Source of the DNA: Cyanophora paradoxa CCMP329
Taxonomy: Eukaryota; Plantae; Glaucophyta
Length of the DNA stretch: 64,000 bases
Reading direction: 5' to 3'
NCBI GenBank assembly: GCA_004431415.1
Contig: QPMI01000411.1
Span: 292,772-356,771 of the forward strand
Below, piece by piece: positions 38,288 to 49,878 of this stretch. A model generated the notes under the pieces. It was not told where the DNA came from and did not search any database. It saw nothing but the letters and a program-made list of their open reading frames with translations. Numbering within the stretch: position 1 is the stretch's first letter; each line of letters starts with the position of its first letter. The translations under genes were made by a program, and so were the position numbers.

Positions 38288-38900
38288 CGGTGCCCACATG
38301 CATGGCCATGGCCAGCTGGCGCGGTGCCTCGCGCAGAACTGGAGCGCCGCGATGACTCACGCCGTGACACCGCAAAAGCTCAGGGAAGTTGCTCCAAGAT
38401 CGGGAGAGTACATGAACGCAGTCCGCGGAGTTCTCCAAGCTTCATCGGCTGTCCATAGGGAACGGCATAAGGACCATCATACGGTCCTACGTATACGGAT
38501 CACGTTAACATTCGCATGCGCATGCACGCGCTCATTATCGCAGCGAAACTTGAAAGCCTTGGCTTATCCACTCGCGCGCGTGCAGCAGCAGCGGTGCCAG
38601 CGGCCTAGCTAGCTAGGACAGCAGCTTGCCTTCGAGCAAGGTTTCGCACACGAGATTTGGCAGCATAGCAGAAACATTCGCTCAAGCCGCAGACGCGCGA
38701 GCGCGAACGGCAGGAGCAGAAGCCAACAGCCCAGACACTGATCGTCCGCATCGCCGCGGAGAAAAGCTTGATCCATCGTCGAGAAAAGCACGCGCAGCAG
38801 ACAGAGGTCGCCGGCGAATTTCCGTCATCGGAATCCGCGCGCGACCGCGTAGGCGAGAGGGCGTTCGGCGGCGCGGGACTGCGAAGCGCGCGCGGGAGCG

Positions 38901-41552
38901 ATGGAGGCGGCGGTGTGCCACGGCGGCTTCGACCTGGGGCTCGACCTGAGCGACCCGTTCCTCGCCCACTCGCCGGCCCTGCGCCTCGAGCTCGCCGGCG
39001 AGGCGGCCGGGAGCTTCCTCCCCGGCGCGTGCGGCGACGAGGCGGGGGCGGGGCCGGAGGGCGGGGACGGGCACGAGCTCGGGGCGCTGGCCCTGGGCTC
39101 CCCCATGCTCTCCCCCAGCGCCTTCTTCCTCGACGCCGACGAGGAGCCGGCCCATGGCCACCCTCTTCCCAGTCCGGCCGACGAGCCCGCCGGCCCCTTC
39201 CCCTTCGACTTCTCCGCCCACCCGGCCCCCGCGGCCGCTCGGGAGGAGGCGGCGGGCCGTCGGCCCTGCGACATCGAAGTCCCCCTCGGCCTCCCCGCCG
39301 CGCTCTCCGGCCCCTTCTCCCCCGCCTCGGACCCCTCCCCGGTCCCCTCGCCCCTGGTTCGTGCCTTGGGATCCGGATTAGTCCTCTCGTCGCGAAATCT
39401 CATTTCCCGTCCTACCGGCACCGGGGCGCAGGCGTCAGACGCGGCATCCCCCGCCGCCCCGCCGGGGTACGTGTTCGTGCGGGTGCCGATCGCGCAGCTC
39501 CGCGGGCAGCTCGGGGACCTCGATCGCGCCAACAGGTCCGCCCCCGCCCCTGTACCCCCCCTCCCTGCCCCCGCTGATGGTACCGGTGGGGGCAGCTGCG
39601 GGGCGGTGCTGGGCACCCTGGCGGGGCTGCGCATCCCGCGCTCGGAGAGCGTGCACAGCCTGCCGGGGCGGCTCTGCGACGTGGCGGCCTCGCCCCGCGC
39701 CGGCCCCGCCTCGGGCGCCAGCACGCCGGGGCGGCAGGCCTCGACGCCCGTCCCGGGCAAGCGGAGCCTGCCCGACGCCGACCTCGATTTCGAGGCCGCC
39801 GCCTCGCCCGCCAAGCGGCGCGGCTCATCCGTGCGCGCCCCGCGCCCCGCGCCCTCGCCGCCGCCGGCCGACGCCTCGTGTGCAGGACGGGCGGCGGGGA
39901 GGCGGGGCGCTGGCCCTCTCGGGCTCTGTCAACGCCGCCTACCTCGAGCGCCTTCAGCGCGAGGGTCCGCCCCGCCCGCCTCTCGGAGCGCGCCCCGCTG
40001 ACCGCCCCGCCCCGCCCAGGCTGCGACGGCAAGATCCTGCCCCCCTGGCTCTGCAAGCCCCGCGCCGCCTCCGCCCCGCCCCGCCCCGCCCGCCGCCGCC
40101 GACGCCGACGAGGGTGCGCGCGCGCGCGTGCGCCGGGCTCGGGGCGCGGGGCCGACGGGCGGGGCGCAGGGCCGCTCGACGGGCCGCGCGGGCAGGCGCA
40201 GTGCCTCGACGCCGGCGCCGCGTGCAACTTTGTGACGTTCTACGGCGAGGGCGGCGCCCTCCGCACCCTCGCCCTCCCGGACTGCTTCGGGCCCGGCGCC
40301 GCGCCAGCCCAGGCCGTCGGCCTCCAGTCCCCGGACTCAAGTGGCTTCTCTCTTGAGTTGCCGCCGGCCTTCGCCCGCCCAGCGCCCCCCGGGGCCACGG
40401 TGGCGGGGACGGCGGCGGCCTCGCCGCGGGGAGGCCCCGCGCCGCTGCCGTTCGAGTCCGACGAGCCGCTCCTCCGCAAGGTCGCCGCCGAGCAGGTACC
40501 CCCTTCGTTTTCTTCCTTTTTCTTCCTTTCTCTGACGCCGGCGCAGCGGGCCCGCCTGCGGGCGCGCCTCGAGGCGGAGCGGGCGGCCGCCGCGGCCGCC
40601 GCCGCGCGCCTCCAGACCTCGCCTGTCGCCGAGGTGCGCCGCCCGCCGGCGCCCGACGGCGCTCCGTCCCGGGGCCGACGGGGCGCAGGGGGAGGAGGCG
40701 GCGATCGCGCGGCTGGCGGCGGCGCACCCGCGCGACTCTCTCGTCGCCCTCTTCGACCTCCCCATGGCGGCGCGCGCCCGCCCCGCCCGCCCACTTCGCG
40801 CCCGCGGCCTGACGCCGGCGCAGGACGCGGCGAAGCGGCTGGGCATCGCCCCCGCGGTGGTCAAGCAGGTCTGCCGCGCGCACGGCATCACCCGCTGGCC
40901 CCAGCGCAAGCTCCGCTCCCTCGCCCGCTGGGCCGAGCAGGCCGAGGTCCGCCCCCGCCCGGCCCGCCGGCCCCGGGGCGCGCCTGAGGCGGCGCAGATC
41001 GTGCTGGCGAACCGCGTGCCGGGCTTCGACCACGCGGCGATCGCGGCGGCGGCGACGCGGCTGCGCGCCGCGCGCTCGCTCCTCTACCGCGACCCATCCG
41101 CCTCGAGTGCGGCCGGCCCCGCGCCCCCGCGCCGCCCCGCCCCTGACCCCGCCGCAGTCAAGGAGGCGACGGCGGCGATGCGGCGGCTCCTCGTCGGGCC
41201 CATCCAGCAGCGCCTCTCCGCCGCCGCCGCCGCCGGCCCCGCCGCCGCCGCTTCCGGCCCCTTCGCGGCTGCGAAGGGAGTGGGGGGCGGGGAGGAGTCG
41301 GGGGAGGAGGGGTCGGGGGCGGGGCGGGGGGGCGGGGCGGGGGTGCAGGTGGAGGACGTGAACGTCTTCCTCCACTGCTACCTCGCCGCCTCCGCCGAGG
41401 CCCGCCTCCGCGCCAAGGCCGCCCCCGAGCCGGCCCCGGCCCCGGCCCCGCCGGCCCCCCTCGAGCTCCCGACCGTCGACATCTCGCTCCCCGAGGGCGG
41501 GCACTGCCTCAGCCCGCTCCTCGTCGACGGCGCCCTCTTCCCGGGCCTCTAG
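38901..41552 (+). CDS. RWP-RK domain transcription factor (RKD/NIN-like), copy A
   Basis: LFDLPM...AAKRLGIAPAVVKQVCRAHGITRWPQRKLRSL at ~40750-40920; acidic/Pro-rich N-terminus; multi-exon; TAG at 41550-41552. Confidence 0.88.
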
Positions 41553-42962
41553 GCCCCGCCCCGCCTCAGCTGGCGTCCGCTTCCGGCCCCGCCGCTGCCC
41601 TCTCGGCCGGCTCTGTGAGCTCACAACCTGCGCGCGCATCCCAACTTTTCATGCCCCGCTTGATTAGGTTTTAGTCGCTCATACACTTTCAACCTTTCAC
41701 ACTTTCACTTGTACATGTAATTTATAGCAATAGCGAGCACACTCCTTCAGCCATCATTTTAAGAGCTCTATAGCCACGCGACCTCGTGTCATCGGATGCG
41801 TTGTCTCGGCGTACCATAATCTGCTTTAGCGGCAACTAGTACTGCAGCGTCTTCGGTCGTTCCCTGTGAAGTGGTGCAGGTTGCACTTTGCGAGCCTTTT
41901 TGCCCCGTGGCCCCGCCGCGCCAGTTGCAGTTGCAGTGTTGGTAGGCAGGGCCCAGGGCGCACGTTGAGCCTCTGCACTACGAAGATCGTTAACGCAGTA
42001 GTCTCGTTTCCTTAGCCATATATAGTACTTGCAGTGTGCGGTGTTTGAACAGATTAATATTGGAACCGGAGCTCCGGACACCCAGGCTTCATTTTAGTTT
42101 TCTTCAGTTTCAAGTTTCGCGGCGAAGGGTTCTTTGTATGTTCTTCGCGCAAGTGTACCCAGTGGCCGCGCAGCATTTCGGCGATAGAGAATACGGAAGT
42201 CAAGCTTGATATATAGTTGTACCGTAGTGCGCATGTCGGCCCCGGCGGCCTGACAACGCCGCCGGCGTCGACGCGCTTTTTGCGAAGTTCTGACTTCGAA
42301 TTCGTTTATATCCGCTGACTCGGATATCGAGTGCGAAACTATTTATTCTCGCTAACTCGGTAGCATACGTTCCACATACATATTATTAGTACTTGTATAT
42401 ATACGTATACGTAGCTATATAGTTCGCGGCTCTTCCCCGGAGCCCGCCGGGCGCGGCGCCGCGCCGGCCGGCCGCCGCGCGCGCGGGGCTCCTTTGAAGC
42501 ATCATGCATATGGCGTAATGAGTGCATCTTGCTCTAACGAAGACGTTCCTTGCCGACAACTTCCGAAGTTCCTGTACATAATTATAATCATTGAACTTCG
42601 GAATTAACTAGTAATGCAAATTCAATTGCATGCGCAATACGCAAAAGCGAGCCGTGCGGGCGTGGCCCAGCGGGCATACGCAACGTACACGCCGGCGCGC
42701 CTGCGCGTCCCCGGAGGGCCCAGTGGGGGAACGCGGGGGAGGGGGGCCGTGTTCCGAAGTTCGGAGTCTGCCAGGGCTCTGCAGCTGCCCTCGAAGGCGG
42801 CGCGATCGATTCAATTGAATGTCACTGCGTGTACAGAGGGCGCCGGCGGCAGCACTGCGGCAGCAACTGCAGGCGGCCTGGCCCCGACGCAAGCGGTTTG
42901 ACGGGGACCCAAGGGGCGTCCGGTTTGACGCCTAAGGCCTCCTGCGACGACGACGCAAGCGC

Positions 42963-44950
42963 CTAGGGCCTAGGCGTCCGGGGCGGCCTCCCAGGGGGCG
43001 GCGCAGGAGGCCTCCGTCTCGGCCACCGCCTCCTCGAGCTCCTCGTCCCCCGCCTGCCGCCCCGCCCCGCCTCAGACGCCTCCCCGCGCCTCCACCCCCG
43101 GCCCCGGCGCCCCCGGCCTCCCCACCGCAACGGTGAGCCGGGGCCGGCGGGCGGGCGCACCAGGCCGAGCTGCACGACGGCGGCCGCCTCCTCGCACGGC
43201 AGCTCCGCCCCCTCCGCCCCCTCCCCCAGCGCCGCCCCCTCCGCCTCCGCCGCCTCCGCTTCCGCCGCCTCCGCCGTCTCCGCCCCCGCCCCCGCCACGG
43301 CCTCCTCCTCCTCCTCGTACCCCTCCTCGACCGCCACCACGAGCGTCCCGTCGTCCAGCTCTGCCCCGCGTCTCAGGTGAGGGGGGCGGGTGGGGGGGAA
43401 AGGAAAGGGGGTACCCTTGAGGCCCAGGAACTTGAGCATCTTTCCGAAGAAGCCTGCGCCCAAGGCGTCGACGGGGATAGAGGGCAGAGGGGCAAATTAG
43501 CAAACAAGCGCACCGGTCTTCTTGTCCTGCGTGGCCTTCATGCCGGCCTTGGCCTGCGGCGCGTCGTACCCCACCAGGCAGGCGGGTACGGCCTTCTGCG
43601 CGGCGCAGCTGCGGAGCGCGCGCGCGTCGGGCGGCGCGGCACTCGGCCGGCGCGGCGCGGCGGGGCACTGACGCCTTGATGCAGTCCTTCATCGAGAGCT
43701 GCGGCGGGGCGCGGGCGGTCGGGCCAGGGGAAGGGCCGGCTGCTGGGGGGGGGGGGGGGGGCACCTTCGCGTGCTCCGAGACCTCATCGCCCATGCGCAG
43801 AACAGGCTGTGGGGGCGTCAGGGGTCCGCCAGTGGGGCCCGCGGCGCTCGCTCCCCCCGCCGCCGGGGGGTACGCGCCTTCCCCTTCCACTTCTTGCTGT
43901 CGGGCTTGTCGGGGTCTTCGTAGGGCCTGAAACCCGAGCCGCCGGTGAGCCGCCCGAGCCGCAAGCGCGAGGCGGAGCAGCGCGGCTTGGCGCGGCGCAC
44001 CGGTGCCAGAAAGCTGGGCGGGGCGATCGTGGAGCGCCGCAGGGGCGATCAGGGGAGAAGGGGGGAGGGGGGGGGGGGGGAGTGGATAAAGAGGAGAGGA
44101 GCCGGCGGCGCACCGTCCACGAGCTGGTGCTGCGGGCCACACGCCGTGAAGGGGTAAGCGGCAGGGGCGGCGTGGGGCACGGGGCGCCAGGCGATCGCAC
44201 GGGGTTGTAAGTGTAGTGCTTTGTGTAGGGGATGATGCCGCCCCAGTGATCCTGCGCATCGCAGGAGCGCGGGGCGCGTTTGGCGGACGGACGGCCCCAC
44301 GCCGACAGCCGGCCGCCCGGGCCCGGGGACGCTGGGACTCCCGCGGACTCGCACCTTGTGAGTGTAGACCGTAAAGTCATCCTCCGTGAACCAGTTGTCG
44401 TTGAATCTGTTGAAACGGCGCGTGAAGCCGGGGCTGCGGTTAGGGGCGCGAGCGTCCAAGCTGACCGGAAGTCAGAGGCCGGCTGCCAGTGCTTCTTTTC
44501 GATCTGCAGCACCTGCGACCGAAGAAAGTTAGCATTGTGGCTGCCATCCAAGGCCTTAATGCAAATCTATCGAAGCGGCGGAGCCAGCTGCAGCATGGAG
44601 CGCCACGCTGCGGCTGTCGAGGGGCTCGCTGGCTGCTGGGCGCCGTTCGACGCGCGCTGATTACGTCTCGACTCAGCCGGACGGATCACACTCCAGCAAT
44701 CGACGCCGGCTAACACCCGCGGCTCGCTATAACGCGGCCATGCCATTGCACCGCCGGCGCAGGACGGCATTGACTTCAGCGACGGAACAGGCAGGGATCG
44801 ACGCCCCGACGCCGACACTCGGAACGCCGCAGTTTTTGCCGCAAGCTCGCCGTTGAACCAAGGACCCCCCCACGGGTCGCACTGCACGGAACATACCTGA
44901 CGGCACTCGCACGGGCTGCACTCTTTCGCGTGCTTCGCGCCCATCACTGA
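42963..44950 (-). CDS. Hypothetical multi-exon protein with acidic C-terminus
   Basis: Coding-like exons (NRFNDNWFTEDDFTVYTHK|DHWGGIIPYTKHYTYNP, FRPYEDPDKPDSKKWKGK, LSMKDCIKA, GFFGKMLKFLGLK) with canonical introns. No family recognised; both ends uncertain. Confidence 0.45.
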
Positions 44951-45174
44951 CGAACTGCCGGCTAACGCCCGGGACTATAGCCTGTACCCCCCCACCTTCC
45001 GAACTTGTCCGAAGTTCCGGCTGCAGCTCTTGCGTGCACTGCAGATGTGCGCTTCTTCCGCCGATGCCGCTCGGACAATCGCTCACCGCGCGCCGGCGCC
45101 GCGCCGGCGCTCACGCGAGGCCGGGCGGAATGCGCGTACCTCTACACGGAAGCGCTGCTGGGCGAGCTACGAGG

Positions 45175-46564
45175 CTAGGAGAGGACCTGGACGTCGTTCG
45201 AGTCGGCCTCGAAGTCGATGCCGCCGACGACGACCACGCGCCCGTCCGCCAGGCCCGCCCCCCCGTGCGCGAACCGCGCCACGAATTTGCCCTGAGGAGG
45301 CACTGAGGACAAGGCCGGCGGGCGAGGAGGCGAGGGCATGGGCACCTGCTTGCCGGGACCCCTCTTCAGCTCGGTCCACTCCATGCGCGCTGCGGGCCGG
45401 CGGGTCAGGGGGCGGGCCGGCGGGGCGGGGCGGGGCGGGGCGGGGCGAGGCGGGCCGGAGTTAAGGATCCAGGTGTCGCCGAGGACCTGGCGGCAGTCGG
45501 TGCCGCCGCAGGCCACAAGCGTCCCGTCGCCGGCCGGCGCCAGCACGTGCGCGCAGCGCTGGAAGGGGCTCGATCCCAGCGGCACCCACCGCATCGCCTC
45601 TGCCGGCGCGAGCGCAGGTGGCCGGTCCTCAGAAAGAGCGAGAGAGCGCTGTGGCGGGCGGGCGGGCGGGCCGGACCGAGGTCGAGGACGAAGAGGTCGG
45701 CGAGGGGCGCCCCCGACTCGAGGCGCCCGCCGTGCACCAGCAGCCGCGAGGCGCTCAGCGGCGCGCACGCGAACATCTCCCGCGGCGCCGGCCCCTTCCC
45801 CGCCGGCGCGTCCCGCAGCCACGTCGAGGTCGCTGCGCGGCGCCGGCGCGGGCGTCAGCGACCGCGCAGCGCGGGCGGGGGGCGGGGGGCGGCGGGCACC
45901 GATGTCGAAGACGCAGACGTCGTCCAGCGGCCCGTCGTCGTTCGCGCCGCCGAAGACCACCATCTTGCCCCCGAGCACGGCCGCCCCGTGCGAGTTCCGC
46001 GGGTCGGGGATCGCCCCCTGCGCCGAGACGCGCCGCCACGCCAGCTTCTCTGCGAGCGGCCGGCGTGGGCGGGCGCCGGGGAGCGTCGCGCGAAGCTCTC
46101 CGCCGCACCGAGGTCGAAGATGTGCATGTCGTTGTACACCTGCGTCTGCAACGGGTCCTGCCCGCCGAAGAGAAGCAGGGAGGCGCCGTGCGCGACGAGC
46201 GTGTGGCCCGTGCGCGGCGGCGGCCGCGTTCCAACGGCCTTCAGCTCCCGCCAAGTCCAGGAGTCTGCCGGCGGTCCGTCGCTCAGCGTTCGCAGACGCG
46301 GGCTGCAAATGGCGCACCGGTATCGAGTTCGTAGAGGGCATTGAAGGTGCGCCCGTCCCTGTTGGCTCCTCCGAACACATAGAGCTTTGAGCCTACGGCC
46401 GCTACAGCGTGGCCGCCCACGGGAGGAGGCCTCTCGCCGGAAGTCGACTGCAGCGCCCAGCGCCGCTCGGTCGGCGCCCGCACATTGGACACATGATGCT
46501 GCGCAGGTTGAGCCTCGGGATGCGGAGGCGGCTGCTCGGGCTGCTCTTGCTCGCTCGCTGACAT
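45175..46564 (-). CDS. Kelch-repeat beta-propeller protein (RABEPK/KLHDC-like)
   Basis: Repeats of P..R.GH......LYVFGG: GGHAVAAVGSKLYVFGG, RTGHTLVAHGASLLLFGG, RNSHGAAVLGGKMVVFGG, LLVHGG, LVACGG, RVVVVGG. Confidence 0.88.
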
Positions 46565-47027
46565 GCTTCGGTCGCTGGAATCAAACCTCAAGGCCGCGAG
46601 CTCGCGCACTCAGCTTCTTGAGCCAAGGCGTACGGAATAGCACAGCTGCAGACCTCTATTAGCAAGATCTGGGCTAAGCGGCAGCCAGTTGCGAGTCTTC
46701 TATGTCCTGTACCCCGGGCGGATCAAATGACGTCGACAAATGTTGGCGGCCGCAGCGTAAGCTTTATGATCAATTCAGCACTGCGGCAGCTGCAGCTGCA
46801 CCGCGCCAGCTCTAACCGGCCTTCGCCGCGGCGACGCGTACGGGCCCGTCCAGCGTGGCGTTTGTACAAGCGATAAGTTGATAATTCGAATTGTTAGGGT
46901 GTTCAGATAAGAAGACAGCAATAGCAGCAGCTTGCAGCGGCGCGCCCGCCCAGCCACGGCCAGAACAGAAAACGCGAAATGAGAAAAAGCGAAACTAGAG
47001 AAAGCGAGAGTAGGCGGCGGGTCCCGA

Positions 47028-49276
47028 TCAGTCCTCCTTCTTCTTGGAGCGACCGGCGTCGGACTTGGCCGCCTCGAGCTCCTGCTTGAGCTGGTGCGGG
47101 GGCGTCGGGAATGGCTTGCCGTCGATCAATCCCTGTACCTCGGCCTCGAGGTCCTCCAGCGCCCCGTCGTCCACGCGGAAGTCGCCCCACGTCTTGTTCC
47201 ACTGGCCCATGTCCCGGAGGGTGCTGTCGAGGACGACGTACGTGCCCGTGAGGCCAGCGAAGAGCATCCGGTCGAACTTGGGCGAGCCCGACGAGATCAG
47301 CAGGAAGGCCGCCACTGGGGGACGCGGTTCGGTCAGTCGGGGGGCGGCTGCCGGGGGGTACGGGTGCCGGGGGCTCGCCGAGGGCCGTGCCGCCGACGCG
47401 CATGCGGAGGAGGTGGTTCGGCTGCCGGCGGCGCGTTCGGCGGCCGAAGTGCAAGGCGGGCCGCGCAGGGGCGCACGGGGATGTTGAGTGTGAAGCCGGT
47501 GAGGCGGTCGGCGCGGGCGGACTGCGCGTTGCGGAGCGAGGCGAGGACCGCCTGCAGGATCGTCTGGTCCACGTAGTCGTGCTTCCCGTCGCTCGCCAGC
47601 CGCGTCACCGCCCCCGTCATCTGCCCCGCCGTGAGCCTGCTCCTCCTCTGGCACGGGGGCAGGGGCGGGTGCACGGGGGGCGCACGTCGGCGAGCTGGTA
47701 GGCGCACTTCGAGCAGATGTCGGCCTCGGGCGTGAAGTCGTTCTCCCGCGTGCACTGCACGTAGTCCCGCACCTGCACCCGGCAGCCCGGCTCGCTCTGG
47801 GCGGGGGAGCGAGCGGCGGGGGGTGCGGCGCGCCATGCGGTAGATGTTGTTGACCATGTTCTTGTCCCGCCCGCCGTTGAGCTGCTTGCCGAGCATGACG
47901 ACCTGCAGCGGCGGCGGCGCTCGCTCGCTGGGAGAAGGGGGCGGGCGCTGGGCCGGGGCCGGGGCGGGGGCGGGGGACCTGGTGGAGGTTGGAGACCTCG
48001 CGGTAGAGCGAGCCCTGCACGAGGTCCTGCTTGTTGTTCGCGTCGTCGTCTGCCCGCCCGCCGTCAGGGGCCAGCCAGGGCGGCCGAGGGGGCGCGGCGG
48101 GCGGCACGTACAGGTCGAGCCGACCAGGATCGCGTACACCAGGCCCAGCAGCGTCTGCCCCCGCCGGGTTGGACGGCAGGCGGAGGGGGGAGGGGGCTGA
48201 GGGGGCCCACCGCGACGTAGTTGACGGCGTCGCCGCACTCGCCCGTGTCCGTCCCCGCGAACTTGCGCGCGTTGTACCTGCTCCCAGCCGCTCGGCAAGG
48301 GGCGGGGCGGGGCGGGGCAGGGCGACGGGGGCGAGCGCAAGGCCGGGCCGGGGGGCGCACGAGAGGTTGGGCTGCAGCAGATACGCGATCGCCATGATGA
48401 GCGCGATGCGGATGTGACCGCCTGCGCACCGCCCGCGAGGCACGCGTGAGCGGCCGGCGCGGCAAGGCGGTGCAGGGCGCCGACCGATGAGAACGGCGAG
48501 GTTCTCCAGCGGGCTGCCTTCCTCCGGGGCGTTGAGCGGCGAGAAGGGCAGGTCGACCGCGAGCGTCGTCAGAAGCGTCCCGAGCGCGAGGGCCGCCACT
48601 GCGGCCGGCGCTCAGCGGCCAGCGCGGACCGGCAGCGCCCGCAAGTGTGCCGCGACGCCGCACCCTGCTTCCGCGTACGCGCGCTCAAGGCGTACTTCCA
48701 GTTCCTGAAGACGTTTTAGGCCACTATCACAGCTAGAGCTTCTGATCGATCGAACCAGCCGGGCTTATCGTCGTCCCCGTCGCCGCCACCGCCGCCGCCG
48801 CCGCCTCCGCCGCCGTTCTTGTCGTCTCCGCCGCCGCTACGCTCCCTTAGCGTCAGCCATAGCGGACGAGCCTCGGAAGTGGCGGGCAAGCGGAAGGTGG
48901 GCAAAGAAAGAAAGCACCCGCCAATCCGGTCGCCGTGGGCGTCGTCGTCATCGTCCTCCAGCAGCGAAAGGATCGGCTTCATGATCTGACGGGCGACCGA
49001 TTTGAACACCGTCGAAACCGGGCCGGTGCCGTCGGCCGAGGCGGCCGAAGCTGCAATAGCTACGCCGCCGGCTGCTCCGGACACGGAGAACAGCGACGGA
49101 TAAATGAATCTAGCTACAGCATCTGTGCTGCTGGCGCCGCTAGCAACGAAGAAGCTTCGGGCAAGCTGCGTTGAACTCCGACGCGGCTTGTGCGGTACGA
49201 AGGCACCGATCTGCGTCAAAGAGTGCGGTGCTGCTCGGCCGAGGCCGCACGGCACCGGCGGTGCTAGAAACGCCAT
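47028..49276 (-). CDS. Plastid-targeted membrane protein, DUF4239/bestrophin-like
   Basis: MAFLAPP...RRSSTQLARSFFVAS transit-like peptide; Gly/Asp linker; TM segments; TLLGLVYAILVGST...QGSLYREVSNL and LDSTLRDM...GDFRVD resemble DUF4239. Confidence 0.6.
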
Positions 49277-49526
49277 CGTGTTTGACGCCTGGCAATGGGT
49301 ACACTCGCGCACTTCGTTCGCAGCCGTGCAGAAAACGCGGCAGCATGCGCACAAAAAACAATTTGCTCGGATAGGTCCGGCCAGGCAGGGAGGGGGTTGC
49401 CCCCCTCCCCACGCGCCGCTGTTTCCAGCGGCTCGGCCGGACCCTAAAACGCGGCAGCACATGCGCAGCGGCTTCCGACTTAGGCGCATGCGGTTCACAC
49501 AGCAAAGCAGACAACAAGAGGGGCCA

Positions 49527-49846
49527 CTAGAGGTCGAACGGGCTGACGGCGAGGTCGAAATCGCCCTCGAAGGCGTCGGCCCACGCCTCCTCCTCGAGCG
49601 GCGCCGCGCCAGCAGCCTCCGCGCTCCCGGACTCGCACAGCCGCTCCCCGCCCGCCGCCTCCATCAGCTCCAGCAGCTGCCCCTCTGCGGCTCCCCGCGT
49701 CAGATCTTAACCCCCCGCTCGCCTCTGCCGCGATGCCGGGCTGGCGGGCTGGCGGACCCTCGTCGAGCTCGAGGGTGTGGGTCATGTAGCTGGAGCCGGT
49801 GGTGGTGGTGGCGGGGCCGGTCGCCGCCGCCACGGTCGACGACGCG

Positions 49847-49878
<32 letters not shown>

